Shown here: positions 12,201 to 25,770 of the stretch, piece by piece
How the letters are laid out: every line of letters begins with the position of its first letter
Numbering within the stretch: the stretch's first letter is position 1
NCBI GenBank assembly: GCA_052327205.1
Contig: CM126224.1
Location: forward strand, 23,808,001 to 23,872,000
DNA from: Somniosus microcephalus
Lineage: Eukaryota
Direction of reading: 5' to 3'
Length of the DNA: 64,000 nt
Notes under the pieces: model-generated
Databases searched by the model: none
Told to the model about the DNA's origin: nothing
What the model saw: the letters and a program-made list of their open reading frames with translations, nothing else
Position numbers and translations under genes: made by a program

Positions 12201-13049
12201 CTTCACATCAAAAATCATGCAAAACCACTTCATATTGGTGCAAGGTGTCAGTATAACTGCCGACTAAAAAACATCACCTTTGCTATCAGGGTCAGTTCAT
12301 GGCCCCTGCATATCCTGCGGTCACTAGGGGCATCCTCAGTGCCAAGGCACACAAGTCTTACAACGGCTCAGATTTATCTTTTCAATCTTGCTAAGCTGCT
12401 AGCCAAAAGTAGCTAAATAATTCCAAGTGCTGCTCTTTGGCTCAGACACTCTCACTCATACTCCTGTCTCCCAATTGCCAGATCTGGAACAAGTTGTCAC
12501 TTGAATAAGTTTACTGGCACCACACATGAGCCCAATGTTGATGGGAGTTCACCACCTTATGAAGGGAAGTTGTTACTGCAGTGTAGATCTTCCTGCTCCA
12601 CCCTTGTATCGCATTCAATGCTGTTATGTGCTGTGTCTACCATATTGGTGAGATCATTTTTGGTTTACAAGCACGTTGCATACAACTGGGATCATGTATT
12701 TATCACGCAGCATTTACAAAATTTGAATGAAGGATATATTTTAAAAAATGGATACCACATGATTTATAGTATTTTTGGAATGCATTAAATCTCCTTTGTG
12801 TTTTTGGCAGGGTGGACTGCAAACACTCAGAGACTCTCTAACTTTTATTCACCACTAGTATATTAACCCTTTTTGAAACACAGGGGTGTAGTAATTCAAA
12901 CTGTAGTAAAGGTTTCTTTCAAGGCTGGAATATTGTCCTTTCCAAGAAATATGCATACACGAATAGTGCAGCATTCACTTGTTCTTTTTTACGTTCAACT
13001 TGTTTGTGCGCATCTAAGAACAAGAAGTGAAACTGCGAACCAGTCAGCA

Positions 13050-13200
13050 CCTAGAAGAGAAAGATGGACTTTCCTGGTGGGACCCTTCATCAGAACCCAG
13101 CCAAAATCTCGACTAATCTTTCCCTTTCAGTTGCTGACTGACCCGCCATGCATTTCCCAGTAGTTTCTATCTCAGATTTCATGCTTCGGAGTTTCTCCTT
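13050..13200. mobile_element. Decayed Penelope-like terminal-repeat fragments, apparently in inverted arrangement
   Basis: GACCCTTCATCAGAAC resembles the copies at 17015, 34601 and 46991, followed by an opposite-orientation piece. Confidence 0.45.
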
Positions 13201-13889
13201 TCATCTAGATTTTGTTCTCATAGTTGCTGCAAGTAATACCACAAACATGCGCCAAACAGACCTGTTTGAACCACATAGGTGATGTGTAAGCAGGTATTGG
13301 CCCTACAGCTAAACAGCATTGCTGCTAACTTTGGTTTCAAAATTCACATTTTTTCACATGACTAATCCCCCCAGAAACAAGTAATTGCACACAAAAAAAT
13401 GACAGTGTTCATAAAGAACAATCTGTACCAAAAAAAAACTCCTTGATTTTTAAACCAGTTTTACAAGTTTTGGGATTCATTACACACTCAGGGATATACT
13501 GGTGACAACAACATAAAAACCCAATCCAGCAAATGCGCCAGTAGCACGGTACATCGTTAGTAAGAACTCACTGGGACCAACAAAGTTTATAATCCAAGGT
13601 ATTTATTAGTAAGGTTTATCATAATTCACTAAGATACACAGAGATTCTGCTGGGACTGGCAAAGTGAGTTTTCTTAACAAGGCCATTGTAATATCGTAGC
13701 TCTCATTAACAAGCTTGAACTTTATATTCATTAATTCCTAAGTGATTTGTTTTAATAAAATATTAAAAATTTATGAGCGCAGTTATTTGCTAAACAAAAG
13801 ACCTATGCAGCGGGGCATTAGCTGAAATGTAAAACTCTTCACCATCTTCCAAAGCGTAGCGAAGTGTCCTTTGGTACATCTGCCAATGT

Positions 13890-14280
13890 GTCAGTGTGCC
13901 TCAGTTGGCACTATTCTCTCCTCTGGGACAGAAGGTTGTGAGCTAGTATGAGCTAGGTTTGTCCTTCAGTGCAGCACTGAGGGAGTGCTGCATTGTCGGA
14001 GCTACTGTCTTTCACAGAGGACGTTAAACTGTTAAGGTGTGCATTAAAGTGGCACTAGTTGAAGAGCAGTGACTTGGCCTACAATCCTTCTCAAATACCA
14101 TCTAAGAAAAACCAGATTGACTTGTCATTCATCTCGCTGCAGTTTCTGGGGCATGGCTGGTACAGGATTGCTATTGTGTTTGGCTACACAGCTACAGTCA
14201 CTGCCCTTTCAAAAAGTAATTCATTATGTTAATTGTTTTCAGCTGCTTAAAAATGGAACTATATCAATGCAAGTATTATT
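13890..14280 (+). mobile_element. Decayed tRNA-headed SINE (same family as 21369-21836)
   Basis: Shares CAGTGCAGCACTGAGGGAGTGCTGCA and the 3' tail with the better-preserved copy, in opposite orientation. Confidence 0.7.
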
Positions 14281-17014
14281 AAGTGATAAAGATAAAAGTT
14301 TGCAGTGACTGATCTTTACTCAAAAAAGTGTTTGTGTCAGTCTCCAAAAATTGTTGAGTGCATAGAAGTCTCAAGTTGTGATGGTTTTGACATTAACTAG
14401 GCCTAAATGGATAGGCAGAAGCAAGTGGTAGTGGTTTTGTGATCTTGGAGAGCAGGTAAGGGAATGTTGAGCTCATAGGTGAAATTCCAGATGGATATGG
14501 GCATTGCATCAGACGTTTCCACAGTTTTATCCAATTAGAGATAACTAGGTTTTTTTTAAGTATAAGCTGTCATCACCATAGATAATTCCCATTAAGGTTG
14601 GCAGTAAATAGAAAGCGCTTAGTTCTTTCCTTTATAATATTACCATTTACCAGTAATGTATGGTCGATCGGGCTAACATTTCATAGCAGCGTTACCCCTA
14701 CAGAAGCAGATTACACTGAATTGTGATTCCCTATCCACTCTCTTGGCTATTCCTAATATACTAATAAAAGATCGAAACCCTCACTATTTTACTCGTTTTG
14801 AAGGGAAATGTCACCAGGCATAAGATTGATTTGTTGAACTTTGTATGATCATTTTCTCGGCAGAGGGTACTACCTTTAAAAATGGACTGCAACAACCCCC
14901 AAATAGCTGGAGCGAGAACCACTTACTGCTTCTAAAAACTGATTTGAGAATCAAAGTGGTGTGTCTGGCGCAGTGGCCTTTCCTGTCATCGGTGGCCAGT
15001 TCTGATCGGAAACATCTGCATTGTCTTACACTGGTCAGCTACACCCACCGTTCCTCTGAACCTCCAAATGTTTCCCCTCTTCTCTGTTTGATGCTTCCCT
15101 GGGTCACGGACCTCTGAGCACAAATCATCTTGGCTAATAGTGGGGGGTTGGGGACAGAGAACAGAAGGCTGTGAAATTCAATCTGAAAACGTTGGCGAAC
15201 GTTATTTTTCTTTCCGAGGGAGCAAGTTACCGTCAGCTGCGAGACCACAACAAAGTGCAAGGAAATGGGCTCCGATACAAATGTTGTCCTTTCAGTTTAC
15301 GAAACCTCTTGTTCAGGGAGCACAGGGTATCCAGTGTGCTGCACACCCTGCTGTGCAAAGGTTCATGACTTACCCTGGATTTTGTTCACTTTGATAGATG
15401 CAGAACATACAACAATGTCTAGTTTCCAATAAAACAGAGCAGTTAGTTTTTACTGGGCAACACTCAGCTTGCGGCACTATTTATGAATTACTGCCACTGT
15501 GGTAAACAGGTCAAGAAATTTTGAAGCACGGTCATTTTTATCACTCAAGCAAAAATGCTTTAAAGTTTACCTAATGAAAACCGGATTTTTCTTCCCCGAG
15601 CCCAGAACATTGCATTGTAGAAGATGGGTACTCTGTACCCATTTCAGATAGGCCAGGGACCTCCAGAATAAGTTTGCTTAGCTCTGGGTAAGCATCTGCC
15701 ATGAATCCAAACACTAAAGTTCTGTACATTGTGTGTGAATGAGCACTGGCCCCATTCATAGGAGAATCATTTGCAAATTTGTGGCCATTACCTCTTCCTG
15801 TTTGTCTACTCTGCACTGCAAAACGGAACCAAAGTACGCAAGTCAAGGTTGGATAGTACAGTGTAATTCAACAGTGATACTGTACTTAGGAGGGATCATT
15901 GTTTTGCTGCTGCCTTAGTTTTTATATATTGTATTGAACCTTCTGAAAAGGCGGAAATTCACCCACAATAACTGATCGTCTAAATGTTAAATGATTGCTG
16001 ACAGGTAGATTATAAGGTATTGATTTTCTTAAAATTGCACGGTCCTATTTGTGTCGCCCTGACTTTCTTCAGGCTCAGGATATATTATTCTTCATGAACA
16101 GAAAACAAAACACACACAAATGCCCCAATGTTTAGTGCACTCGTTTTCAAAAAAATGCCCGTGGTTTCGCCTATTTTCCAAGAAAAACGACATGATTTAT
16201 AGCAGCTCATGTTAAATTTGAGAGTCTAAACTGAGGCGGACATACTTGCCCACCTGCCGTACGTGTATTAGTTCTAGCTGAAGAGAAGTCAATAAAGAAA
16301 GGATAGAAAAGAATTTGCTGGGCTGGTTAAAGTAATAAGATTTGTTTCAGTGCATCTGATCTTTACTCTAACAGACTTCCAAACAGTTGGACAAGTAAAT
16401 AAAGCACCCCAGGGAATAACCATTTCAAATGGTTTACCACAGGGATATGAACAAAGGAATTTAAGTTAGTCAAAGGTTGCAGCTATGAAAGTATAATACT
16501 GACCACAGAGAGAAATTCTGGCGTTACATTAGCCGGCAAGCAGTGTGTATTTTTTTAAATCTCCTTTCCAACCATTATATTGACGTATCTCAGTATACCT
16601 GCTTCCGAGTCATACAGGGTAAGTTATCCTCTTTAACGCTACTGGTGTGGCACTTCCCTGTAGCCTCTGTACTCAATAATAATTTCAAAACAATGGAGAG
16701 CTTGAAAATCTTTTCCTATCTTTGTTAGCCCGAAATTCATTAAATTATGCATCTTATGCCAAATGTGCTCTCTAAATAAATATCCTATATGAAAATTAAC
16801 AGCATGTCATACCTTTTCTTTACATAACTGGAGCGGCAAACTACATTTGCAATCGTTTTCTTTAAGGCTAGGTGCAAAAATGTCTAATTAAAACAAATTA
16901 ATAAAACTGTCTTATTTTGCCATTAACTGTCCCCCCTCCTCCCCCCCCCCCCACCCCATTTTCTCCCTTTAACACGTTCTCTACTGTTAAGTGGAGATTC
17001 AAAGGTGAGGTAAA

Positions 17015-17110
17015 AAAAACAGAAAATGCTGGAAATACTCAGCAGGTCAGGCAGCATCTGTGGGGAGAGAAACTGAGTTAACGTTTCGGGTCGATGACCC
17101 TTCGTTCAAA
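17015..17110 (-). mobile_element. Penelope-like terminal-repeat fragment
   Basis: AGAAAATGCTGGAAATACTCAGCAGGTCAGGCAGCATC is shared with the end of the GIY-YIG-encoding fragment at 34601-35175. Confidence 0.7.
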
Positions 17111-20100
17111 GCGAAGGTATGGTTCTGTAGCCATCACTAGCCCTAATGTTTCCTAATTATGTAATATTTCCTACACTGCAAAGGTGACTACACTTCAAAA
17201 GTGCATCATTGGCTGTAAAGCGCTTTGGGACGTCCTGAAGTTGTGAAAGGTGCTGTATGGACGCAAGTCTTTCTTCTTTCTCTAGTACCTCACCCTAACT
17301 CTTGTGCTTCATGTATGAGTCCGGACAAGCGATGTTCGCAGCTCAGACCAGTCCTTTCCTCCTCTCACATGCGCACACGCCATATATCCTAGATAGTGAT
17401 CGAGACCAGGCTCCCTCGCTAAACTTCCCTTCAGACACACACCGAACATCAAGTCTGGGACTTTCATTGTCTGTGTGACTCGGTACCAAAACACGCAGCG
17501 CATTAATGCATGGAGTCATCCTGGGAAACCTGCCACATGCTCCTCTCATTAAAAAGGGTGCCTCTAGCTCAGAATAAGATAGTGTTCATGAAGAAGGTCT
17601 GAAACTTTATTGCATTAAAAAAATAACAATTTAAAAGGATAAAAATAACAATTTTCGACCAACAATATTCAGCATAGAAACGTGATGCTCGAACAGATCA
17701 GTAACACTTCTTTCCATTTTTAATTGTAACAGTCACTATAGGTTCATGTGACATGCGGTGTATGATTTTTACAGCACAGTGAAGCTTTCTCGCTTTAAGT
17801 GTCCACAAGCGGCTGCACAGCCGGTATTGCGAACAATGGGAATGGTGGTCAATCCGGGATAAGAAAGGGTTAAACATGCCCATCACGATTAGAGAGATAC
17901 AAGGTTCACCCGACAATGTAGGGTGAAATCTGTCCACTGTGCATTTGGCTGTTGGGTGTAACAGCATTGTCTGATGCCATCCAAATGTGAGTCAGACTTC
18001 TTTTCTTTGCCTGACACGAATAAGGGGATTAGGGTGGCATGCTTCCGTCAGCTCACCATATTGGACAAAGAGCCTCGGGGTTTAGTGTCACAGTTACTGA
18101 TAAAAGTACAGGGGCCTGTCAATCAGGTTTCTCTTAGGTACTTGTGTTGGTGACATAATCTTATTAGGGGATAAAAGAGTAAAGTCCCTTTTATATGGAA
18201 AAGTTAAGTTTAATTGCTCTCATCCTATTATTTCCCCCTTCCATCCATATGCTGTTTTGCTTTCTATGTTAAAGAGAGACACCTGTTATGTTTTCTGTAC
18301 AGATCGCTTTAAAATCAGAGTTTTGCGGCTGTAGCAAATTAGAAAAGAACAGATTAAAAAAAGGAAATCCTTTTTCTGTCATGTTACAACCATATTACAA
18401 ATGAACACACAGCAATGGAAGAGACTTCAAAAATTCAGATCTTGTCATTTACATTGATCAGAAATCCATCCACGTCCATGCAAAATTGTTTGTATTTAAA
18501 TTAATTATTGTACATTTTGAAATTAGACTATCAGGATAGGAATAATTTTCTCAAGACAATTTTTAGAAACTTGTTAATCTGCATTTTGCATCGGAAAAGG
18601 CAAATAGGTTTCCCCTTCCCTCCCCAAAATAAAACGACATAAATCTTAAATACTATCTCGTGAATTAAAAGTACATTCTTTGGGTCTTTACGCTGAGAAC
18701 TGTAATATTGCTGCCCTGTAGTATACAGCAAGAATGTAATGTCTGCTTTTCTTAAAGGGTACTGTGGCTCAAGAAATGTAATGTGGCTCAACACATTCGG
18801 CCGAAGAATTTTTAGACTCTTTCGCTAATGCTGCAAAATATATTACTGCTCAAGGGATCATCCTTAAACCAGTACAGCGCAGAAGCCAGAAGAATAAAAT
18901 GAAATCCCATTTATTACACACAAGTATAAAGGTCCATAACAATGATAAATCAATTTCATACAAAAAGAAAACAAAGAGTTAATCTCAACGGTTCATTTTA
19001 AACCAATGCAATTGCACACAGGGCCAGGAAACTATCAAGAAGTTCTGTCTGTCAGCTCTATTCCTTCTAAAATTTATAAAATTTACAAAAAGTAGTCACT
19101 CATGGGACAATAGGGCCTTATAAAGAGTTAAACAATAACGCAGTATAACGTTAAGCATGGTAGCTGTTGTAAACGGCGGTACTTTAAGCAAACGCATTAT
19201 ACATTTACTGCCGATCAGTTACCTCTTTCCCCGAACATCTAACCAAACTTACAGAATTTTCCCAAAAGAAGATGGATTCTCTTAGTGACTTGAGGTCAGG
19301 ACTCAGCTCTTTAAAGTATATTATTAATAAATAAACATTCATCGCAAAAAAACCCTAAAGGTCTTTGGGGAGGAAGATTGTGTTGTTTTTGGCATCAAAT
19401 GACACAGGACACTTATGACATATAGGGATCAGTCTAGCATGACCGATGACATGGCAAATATCTACCAGTCAACTTTCCTTGGCTTCCTGAGTACACTTCT
19501 TTCCAAACGCTTTCATTTGAAAACCTGACTTAAAATATATTTTGTTTTGGCTTTCCGCAGGTTTCAGTTATTTATAAACGGTAGAATTGAAGTACTCATT
19601 CCAGTTCCAACTGAACCTTTACGACTCCCCAAAGACCCTGGGGTGATGAAAATCAAATGGTTAGGATTGGGCTCTTTTATGCTGCCATTGTTTATAGGCA
19701 TCGTTGCTTGACTGACATGTTACAATTGGTCTCCAGTTTAATCAGTTGAAGAAGCCATACTGGAACCAGCATAGGTTGAAGCTATGAAATTCTATGTTAT
19801 TTTCATCAAGCCTACATTTTCTGTCTAAACGTGAGGCAAGATAAGCTTTGATTATTCATGTACTTCAGAGTCAGTTACTTTTTTTTAAACAACATGTGGC
19901 ATACGGATTGTGATTGTGGTCTGCCGCAAACGATTTGGAAAACAGACTCTAAAGTGGGAGGATTATAAAAGTATCTGTGGATATACCATGGGAGGCAAAA
20001 TAGTATTTTTCTAAAATGCATTTTTATTTTTACCATGCATTCTGAACTTTTTTCACGAATTTACATAATTGCGATGCATATCTCGGGAACAGCAACAGAC

Positions 20101-21350
20101 TGCATAGCAAATGCTTTAGCAACTGTTCAGAAATCAATGCCTCAGTGCATTAGCCATCATCTCGATGAACTCATTTTGACATGCATAACTGTTAAATGTC
20201 ATGGAAATAACCAGACAAATGCTTGCATTTACTGAATTCTTTCTCTTTTATTCAATCTTGCATTAGAAGGCTGACCCATGAGGGACTAGTAGGCAGAAGG
20301 CCAACTTTGTGTTGATGGAGTACCTAGGGAAGCAATTCAAGGTTGAAGGCAGTTGGCCATTGGTTTCTGAATAAGAATGAATTCAACATTCTGTGCAAAT
20401 AGTGAAAAGCTCCAGTTCAAACACAGGACCCAGAGATATGTGCTGTATATTTGGACAAGTTGTGCCCACAGCTCACTGTTGTCATGTGGCATTTTGATGC
20501 ACTACCCCACTGACTGTTCGCTCTGCAGCTTTGATGGAGAGGGAAATAAGTTGCTGCATACAATAGAATTAAAAGAACATTTTGAAGTAAATATTTTGAC
20601 ACACATTTTCTCAATAAAACCAAAATAAAATTACAATTAAAAAAGCACTTTTCAAGAGCTGACAATGATTTCAAATTCCTCAGCTGCTAGAGTAGAGATT
20701 AAATAAATTGGAGAATTAATATTTAACATGATACAACAACAATTTGCACTTATACTGTGCCTTTAATGAAGTACAACATCCCAAGGTGCTTCACAGGAGC
20801 GTTATCAAACAAAACTTGACACTGAGCTATATAAAGGGATATTAGGAAAAGTGTGCAAAAGCTTGGTCTAATAAGTAGATTTTCAGGAGCGTTTAAAGGA
20901 GGAGAGAGAGGCGGAGAGGCGGAGAAAGTTAGGGAGGGAATTCCAGAACTTAGGGCCAAGGGCTGTTGAAGGCACGGCTGCCAATAGAGGGGCGATGGAT
21001 GAACTGAGCATTGGCCAGCCAAGTGAGTATTGGAATAGTCGAGTCTGGAGGTAATAAAGGCATGAATGTGGGATTCAGCAGCTGATAGGCTGAGGCAGAG
21101 GCAGAGACGGGCAATATTACGGAGGTGAAAATAGACGGTCTTGGGGATGGAGAGGGTATAGAATCGGAAGCTCAGCTCGGGGACTAATAGGGTGGCGAGG
21201 TTGCGATCAGTCTGGTTCAGCCATAGACAGTGGCCAGGGAGGAGGATGGAGTTGCTGGCTAGGGAACAGAGTTTATGGCGGGGACAGAAGACAATGGCTT
21301 TGGTCTTCCCAATATTTCGTTGGAGGAAATTTCTGTTCGTCCAAAACATC

Positions 21351-22262
21351 AGGAACGGTAGAATAGTGAAAGAAAAAAGAAAGACTTGTATTTATATAGC
21401 GCCTTTCACAACCACCGGACGTCCCAAAGCACTTTACAGCCAATGAAGTACTTGTTGAAGTGTAGTCACTGTTGTAATATGGGAAACGCGGCAGCCAATT
21501 TGCGCACAGCAAGCTCCCACAAACAGCAATGTGATAATGACCAGATAATCTGTTTTAGTGATGTTGATTGAGGGATAGATATTGGCCGGGACACCGGGGA
21601 TAACTCCCCTGCTCTTCTTCGAAATAGTGCCATGGGATCTTTTACATCCACCTGAGAGCAGACGGGGCCTCGGTTTAACGTCTCATTTGAAAGACGGCCC
21701 CTCCGACAGTGCAGCACTCCCTCAGCACTGCACTGGAGTGTCAGCCTAGATTTTTGTGCTCAAGTCTCTGGAGTGGGACTATGAACCCACAACCCTTTGA
21801 CTCAGAGGCGAGAGCGCTACCCACTGAGCCATGGCTGATTATTATATTACTGGATTAGTAATCTAGCAGCCTGGACTAATGATCCGGAGTCATGAGTTCA
21901 CCACAACAGCTGGGGAATTTAAATTCAGTTAATTAAATAAATCTGGAATAAAAAGCTAGTATCAGTAATGGTGACCATGAAACTACCAGATAGTTGTAAA
22001 ACCCCATCTGGTTCACTAATGCTCATTAGGGAAGGAAATCTGCTGTCCTTACCTGGTCTGGCCTATATGTGACTCCAGACCCACAGCAACGTAGTTGACT
22101 CTGAACAGCCCTCTGAGTTGTACCAAACCGCTACAAAGAAGTTTCACCACACGGACTGCAACGGTTCAAGAAGGCGGCTCACCACCACCTTCTCAAGGGC
22201 AAGTAGGGATGGGCAATAAATGCTGGCCTTGCCGGTGACGCCCACATCCCATGAATGAATTT
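21351..22262 (+). mobile_element. tRNA-headed SINE family B (resembles MetaSINE type), head interrupted by another SINE
   Basis: Core ATCTGGTTCACTAATG...GGAAGGAAAT...GTGACTCCAGAC and tail CCCACATCCCATGAATGAAT. Other copies at ~23530-23960 and 27661-28115. The family name is from memory, not a search. Confidence 0.75.
21369..21836 (-). mobile_element. tRNA-headed SINE family A (DeuSINE/SacSINE1-like) with L2-type tail
   Basis: Minus-strand head GCCATGGCTCAGTGG...GGGTTCA (A/B boxes). 3' tail shared with the L2 ends (TTGTATTTATATAGCGCCTTT on +). Multiple copies in the window. Confidence 0.8.
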
Positions 22263-23529
22263 TTTAAAAAGCAGCGTGACAAATCAAAGGCAGTGGAGTG
22301 GTCAAGAGAGGTAGTGGTGAGGTAGAACTGGGTGTCGTCAGAATACATATGGAATCTAATGTTGTGTTTTCAGATGATGTCGGCGCAGGGCAGCATGTAG
22401 GTGAGCAAAAGGAGGGGGGCAAGGATAGATCCTCAGGGGACTCCAGAGGTAATGGTGCGGGAGCGGGAAGAGATGCCATATAGGAGTAAAGGTGACTACC
22501 ATATGACAGCACTCCACCTCTGCAGTTGCTTAAATCGCCATTATATTGTCACTAGAGCACTGGCATACTTTAGGCAGTAGTGCAAATGGAATGCACCCAG
22601 CCATATTGCCCATTTGTATTGGTCTTGGGTGGTCAAATACATGCATGGGGTGCAATCGGCCTTCTGGCCATCTTCTACTGATTGAAAACAGCCGATAAGG
22701 ACATTCAGATATTTTCAGTCAGTAGAAAGTAGAATGGCAGCACAGCAGACAGCTTAAATAAAATAAATCTATACATAAAGGAAGGAAAGGCTGTCCACCT
22801 GAAGCACAAAGAAAGACAGAACACCATTCTTGGTGATGACGGAGGCTTCTCCAGGGTTGTCAAGGTTGATGTTGGGCAGACTCCGTTATGCTGCAGCTTT
22901 TAGGGTCAGCGTGAGGAAATAATCACAGCATGACACCATCCTAAAAAGTGCAGCATTATTGGATTGCTAGTGAATGTCCAACCATACGACACAACAGAGT
23001 TCAGCACCGTATTATTATTACAATGATAAATCACTTCTGTTCTCTGCAATAAAAAAGGTTCCCACTACAAGAATCTACGATGTTAGTTAAACATTCTCAC
23101 CCATCTATACTTTATTAGCCTTTTTGGTATAGGTAGAATACTTACGGAGAAACAGCAGTCTATGTTGCTCCTACTACGATGTAGTGCTTGTAAAGTAGGT
23201 CTGCATAGCCCTACTTGATCACTCGTAGAATACAAATGTATACACGTGGCACCGTATTGCCAATTCCTCTTAAGTATCCTATTTTTCAGCAATAAAGTGA
23301 ACTTAAACCATGTACTCAGGTGGGACTTAATTTATGTTGGAAAATAAAATTTAGCTGTGCTTTAAACATAATTGTGATTAAATTGGCATCACAAGCTCTT
23401 CTGTTTTTGTGAAGGACTAGACTGAACAATGAGGGTAACTATGCATTTACCAAATATTTTGTCCTGTATTCTGCTTTTCAGTATTCAATTACAAGCCGTG
23501 ATCCTGGTAGCTAGGTGTTACAAGCACAG

Positions 23530-23950
23530 GTACGGTCGAGTTGTGGTTATGGTACTGGACCAGCAATCCAGTGGTTGTGAGTTAAAATTCCACCACAGCA
23601 AACTGTAAAATTGAATTCAATAAATCTACTCATTTGTGGCTAGTACCAAGCAAAATGAAAGCTGCCTGATAGCCCCACCCAATCACTTTACTAATGTCCT
23701 TCAGGAAATGGAACCTGCCATCCTTACCTGATCTGGCTGATATGTGACTCTAATCCGTACTATGCAGTTCACTCTCTACACTCTCTAAAGTGGCCTAGCA
23801 AGCCACTCATTTGTTTTAAATTAAAAAAGCACTATGTAACACAATGATAAGAAACACTACTGCGGGAGCAACATTACAACAAGGACTGTAGCAGTTAAAG
23901 AAGGCATCGAGCACCACTTTCTCAGGGCAACTGCAAATAGGACAATAAAT
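23530..23950 (+). mobile_element. Decayed SINE family B copy
   Basis: Similar to 21840-22262 and 27661-28115. Confidence 0.7.
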
Positions 23951-24366
23951 AGCTGGGCTTGTTCTCCTTAGAGCAGTAAAGGTTAAGGGGAGACCTAATA
24001 GACATATTCAAAATTTTAAGGGGTTTTGATAGTAGGGAGAAACTGTTTCTTCTGGCAAGTGGGTCAGTAACCAGTCATCACAGATATAAAATGATTGGCA
24101 AAAGAACTAGAAGGGGAAATGAGGAGAATTATTTTCACACAGAGGGTTATTAAGATCTGGAACACACTGTCTGAAAGAGTGCTGGCAGCAGATTCCATAG
24201 GAACTCCCAAAGGGCAATTGGACATCTACTTGAAGAGGATTAATTTGCAGGGTATGGGAAAAAGCAGGGGTGTGGGGCTAAATTGGACAGCTCTTTCAAA
24301 GAATCGGCACAGGCATGATGGGCTGAATGGCCTCCTTCTGTGCTGTAAGATTCTATGATTCTATGA
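23951..24366 (+). mobile_element. Older CR1 3' fragment
   Basis: Peptide EMRRIIFTQRVIKIWNTLSERV and TTCTATGATTCTATGA tail. Confidence 0.8.
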
Positions 24367-24479
24367 AGATGCTGGTGTTTGTTTAGATATAGTCCTACAG
24401 GAGCTAGCAGCCTTCTGGTAATTGCTCAAGTGGCTATTCTTCATATGTGAACCTTAACAATGAACGTCTATTCCTGTTC

Positions 24480-25045
24480 AATGTCCTGTTTGAGTTTCAA
24501 GGCCTGCATCTAGTCCATCATCAAGACTGCCTACTCCCAACTACATAATATTTCCAGCCTTTATTTGCACCACACTCCCACTGCTGCTATGCTTTCATCA
24601 TCTCATGTCTTAATTTCTTCAACACTCTCCTGGCCTGCTTCCTGAGCTCCACCATATGTAAACTACAAGTCATCCACAACTCTACTACTTGCATCCTATC
24701 CTGCACCTAGTCTCCAACATCGATCACCACTGCCCTTGCCAATCTCCATCGGTTCTCCAACATCCCAGCGCGTCAACTTTAAAATCCTCACTCCTATTTT
24801 CAAATTCCTCTATGACCTCACTCCACCCTCCACAGCCCCACATCTCAGCATATATCTTCTGTTCCTCTGACTCTGGCCTGCTGCGCATCCCCCATTCATC
24901 CTCTCCCACCACCCCCCCCCCCCCCCACCCCGACCAGTGGTATTAGTGGCAGGGCCTTCAGCCACCTTGCCCACACACTCTGGAACTCTCTTCCTAAACC
25001 CATCCATCTTGCCACCTTTCTCTCCGCCTGCCAGTCTATTATTTA
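24480..25045 (+). mobile_element. Decayed L2 fragment
   Basis: Reverse-complement similarity to 7750-8160 and 8820-8950. Confidence 0.6.
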
Positions 25046-25467
25046 ACACCACACTGCATAGAGCATTTGCTATCTAAGTGATCAGGGGAGCTTGGGAAAA
25101 TGTTTCCTTTTAAATTCTTCATATTCTAAAATTTAATTCACACAAGAACCATAAGTGTTGCATATACTTAAGGTGTCGGCCGTGGTTCAGTGGGGGTGTT
25201 CTTGCCTCTGAGTCGGAGGTTTGTGGGGTCAGAGACCCACTCCAGGGGACCTTGCTGTCCTACATTACAACAGTGACTACATTAACCCCCAAAAAAGTAC
25301 TTAATTGATTGTGAAGTGCTTTATGTCCGGAGGTCATGAAATGTGCCATATTAGTTCTTTCTTTCTTTACCTGGTGACCATTGTCAAAATAATGAAAACT
25401 TCAGTCTTCAAAAATAGTCTGCCAGGATGGCCGATCCCACCATTAATCAGAATGACCCCATGTGATT

Positions 25468-25770
25468 AGAATTATAGAATCATAGAATGGTTACAGCACA
25501 GAAGAAGGCCATTCAGCCCATCGAGCCCGTGCCGGCTCTCTGCAAGAGCACTTCAGCCAGTCCCACTCCCCCGCCATTTCCCTGTAGCCCTGCAATTTTT
25601 TTTCCCTCAGGTACTGATCCAACTCGGTTTTGAAAGCTATGATTGAATCTGCCTCCACCACCCTTTCAGGCAATGCATTCCAGACCCTAACCACTCGCTG
25701 CGTAAAAAAAGATTTTCCTCATGTCGCCTTTGGTTCTTCTGCCAATCGCCTTAAATCTGTGCCCTCTGGT
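25468..25770 (-). mobile_element. CR1 3' fragment
   Basis: Peptide VRVWNALPERVVEADSIIAFKTELD and (ATAGAATC)n tail. Confidence 0.85.

Larger units (their letters stand above)
20733..22510 (-). mobile_element. Older L2 fragment (20733-21350 plus 22268-22510) split by nested SINEs
   Basis: Collinear with the L2 at 7598-9278 on both sides of the SINE insertions. Peptide FHLRNIARL...HAFITSRLDYSN. Confidence 0.8.

Noticed and set aside
21770-21836. tRNA-like A/B-box sequence
   Set aside because: It is the head of a SINE and lacks a full cloverleaf, so it is not called a tRNA gene.
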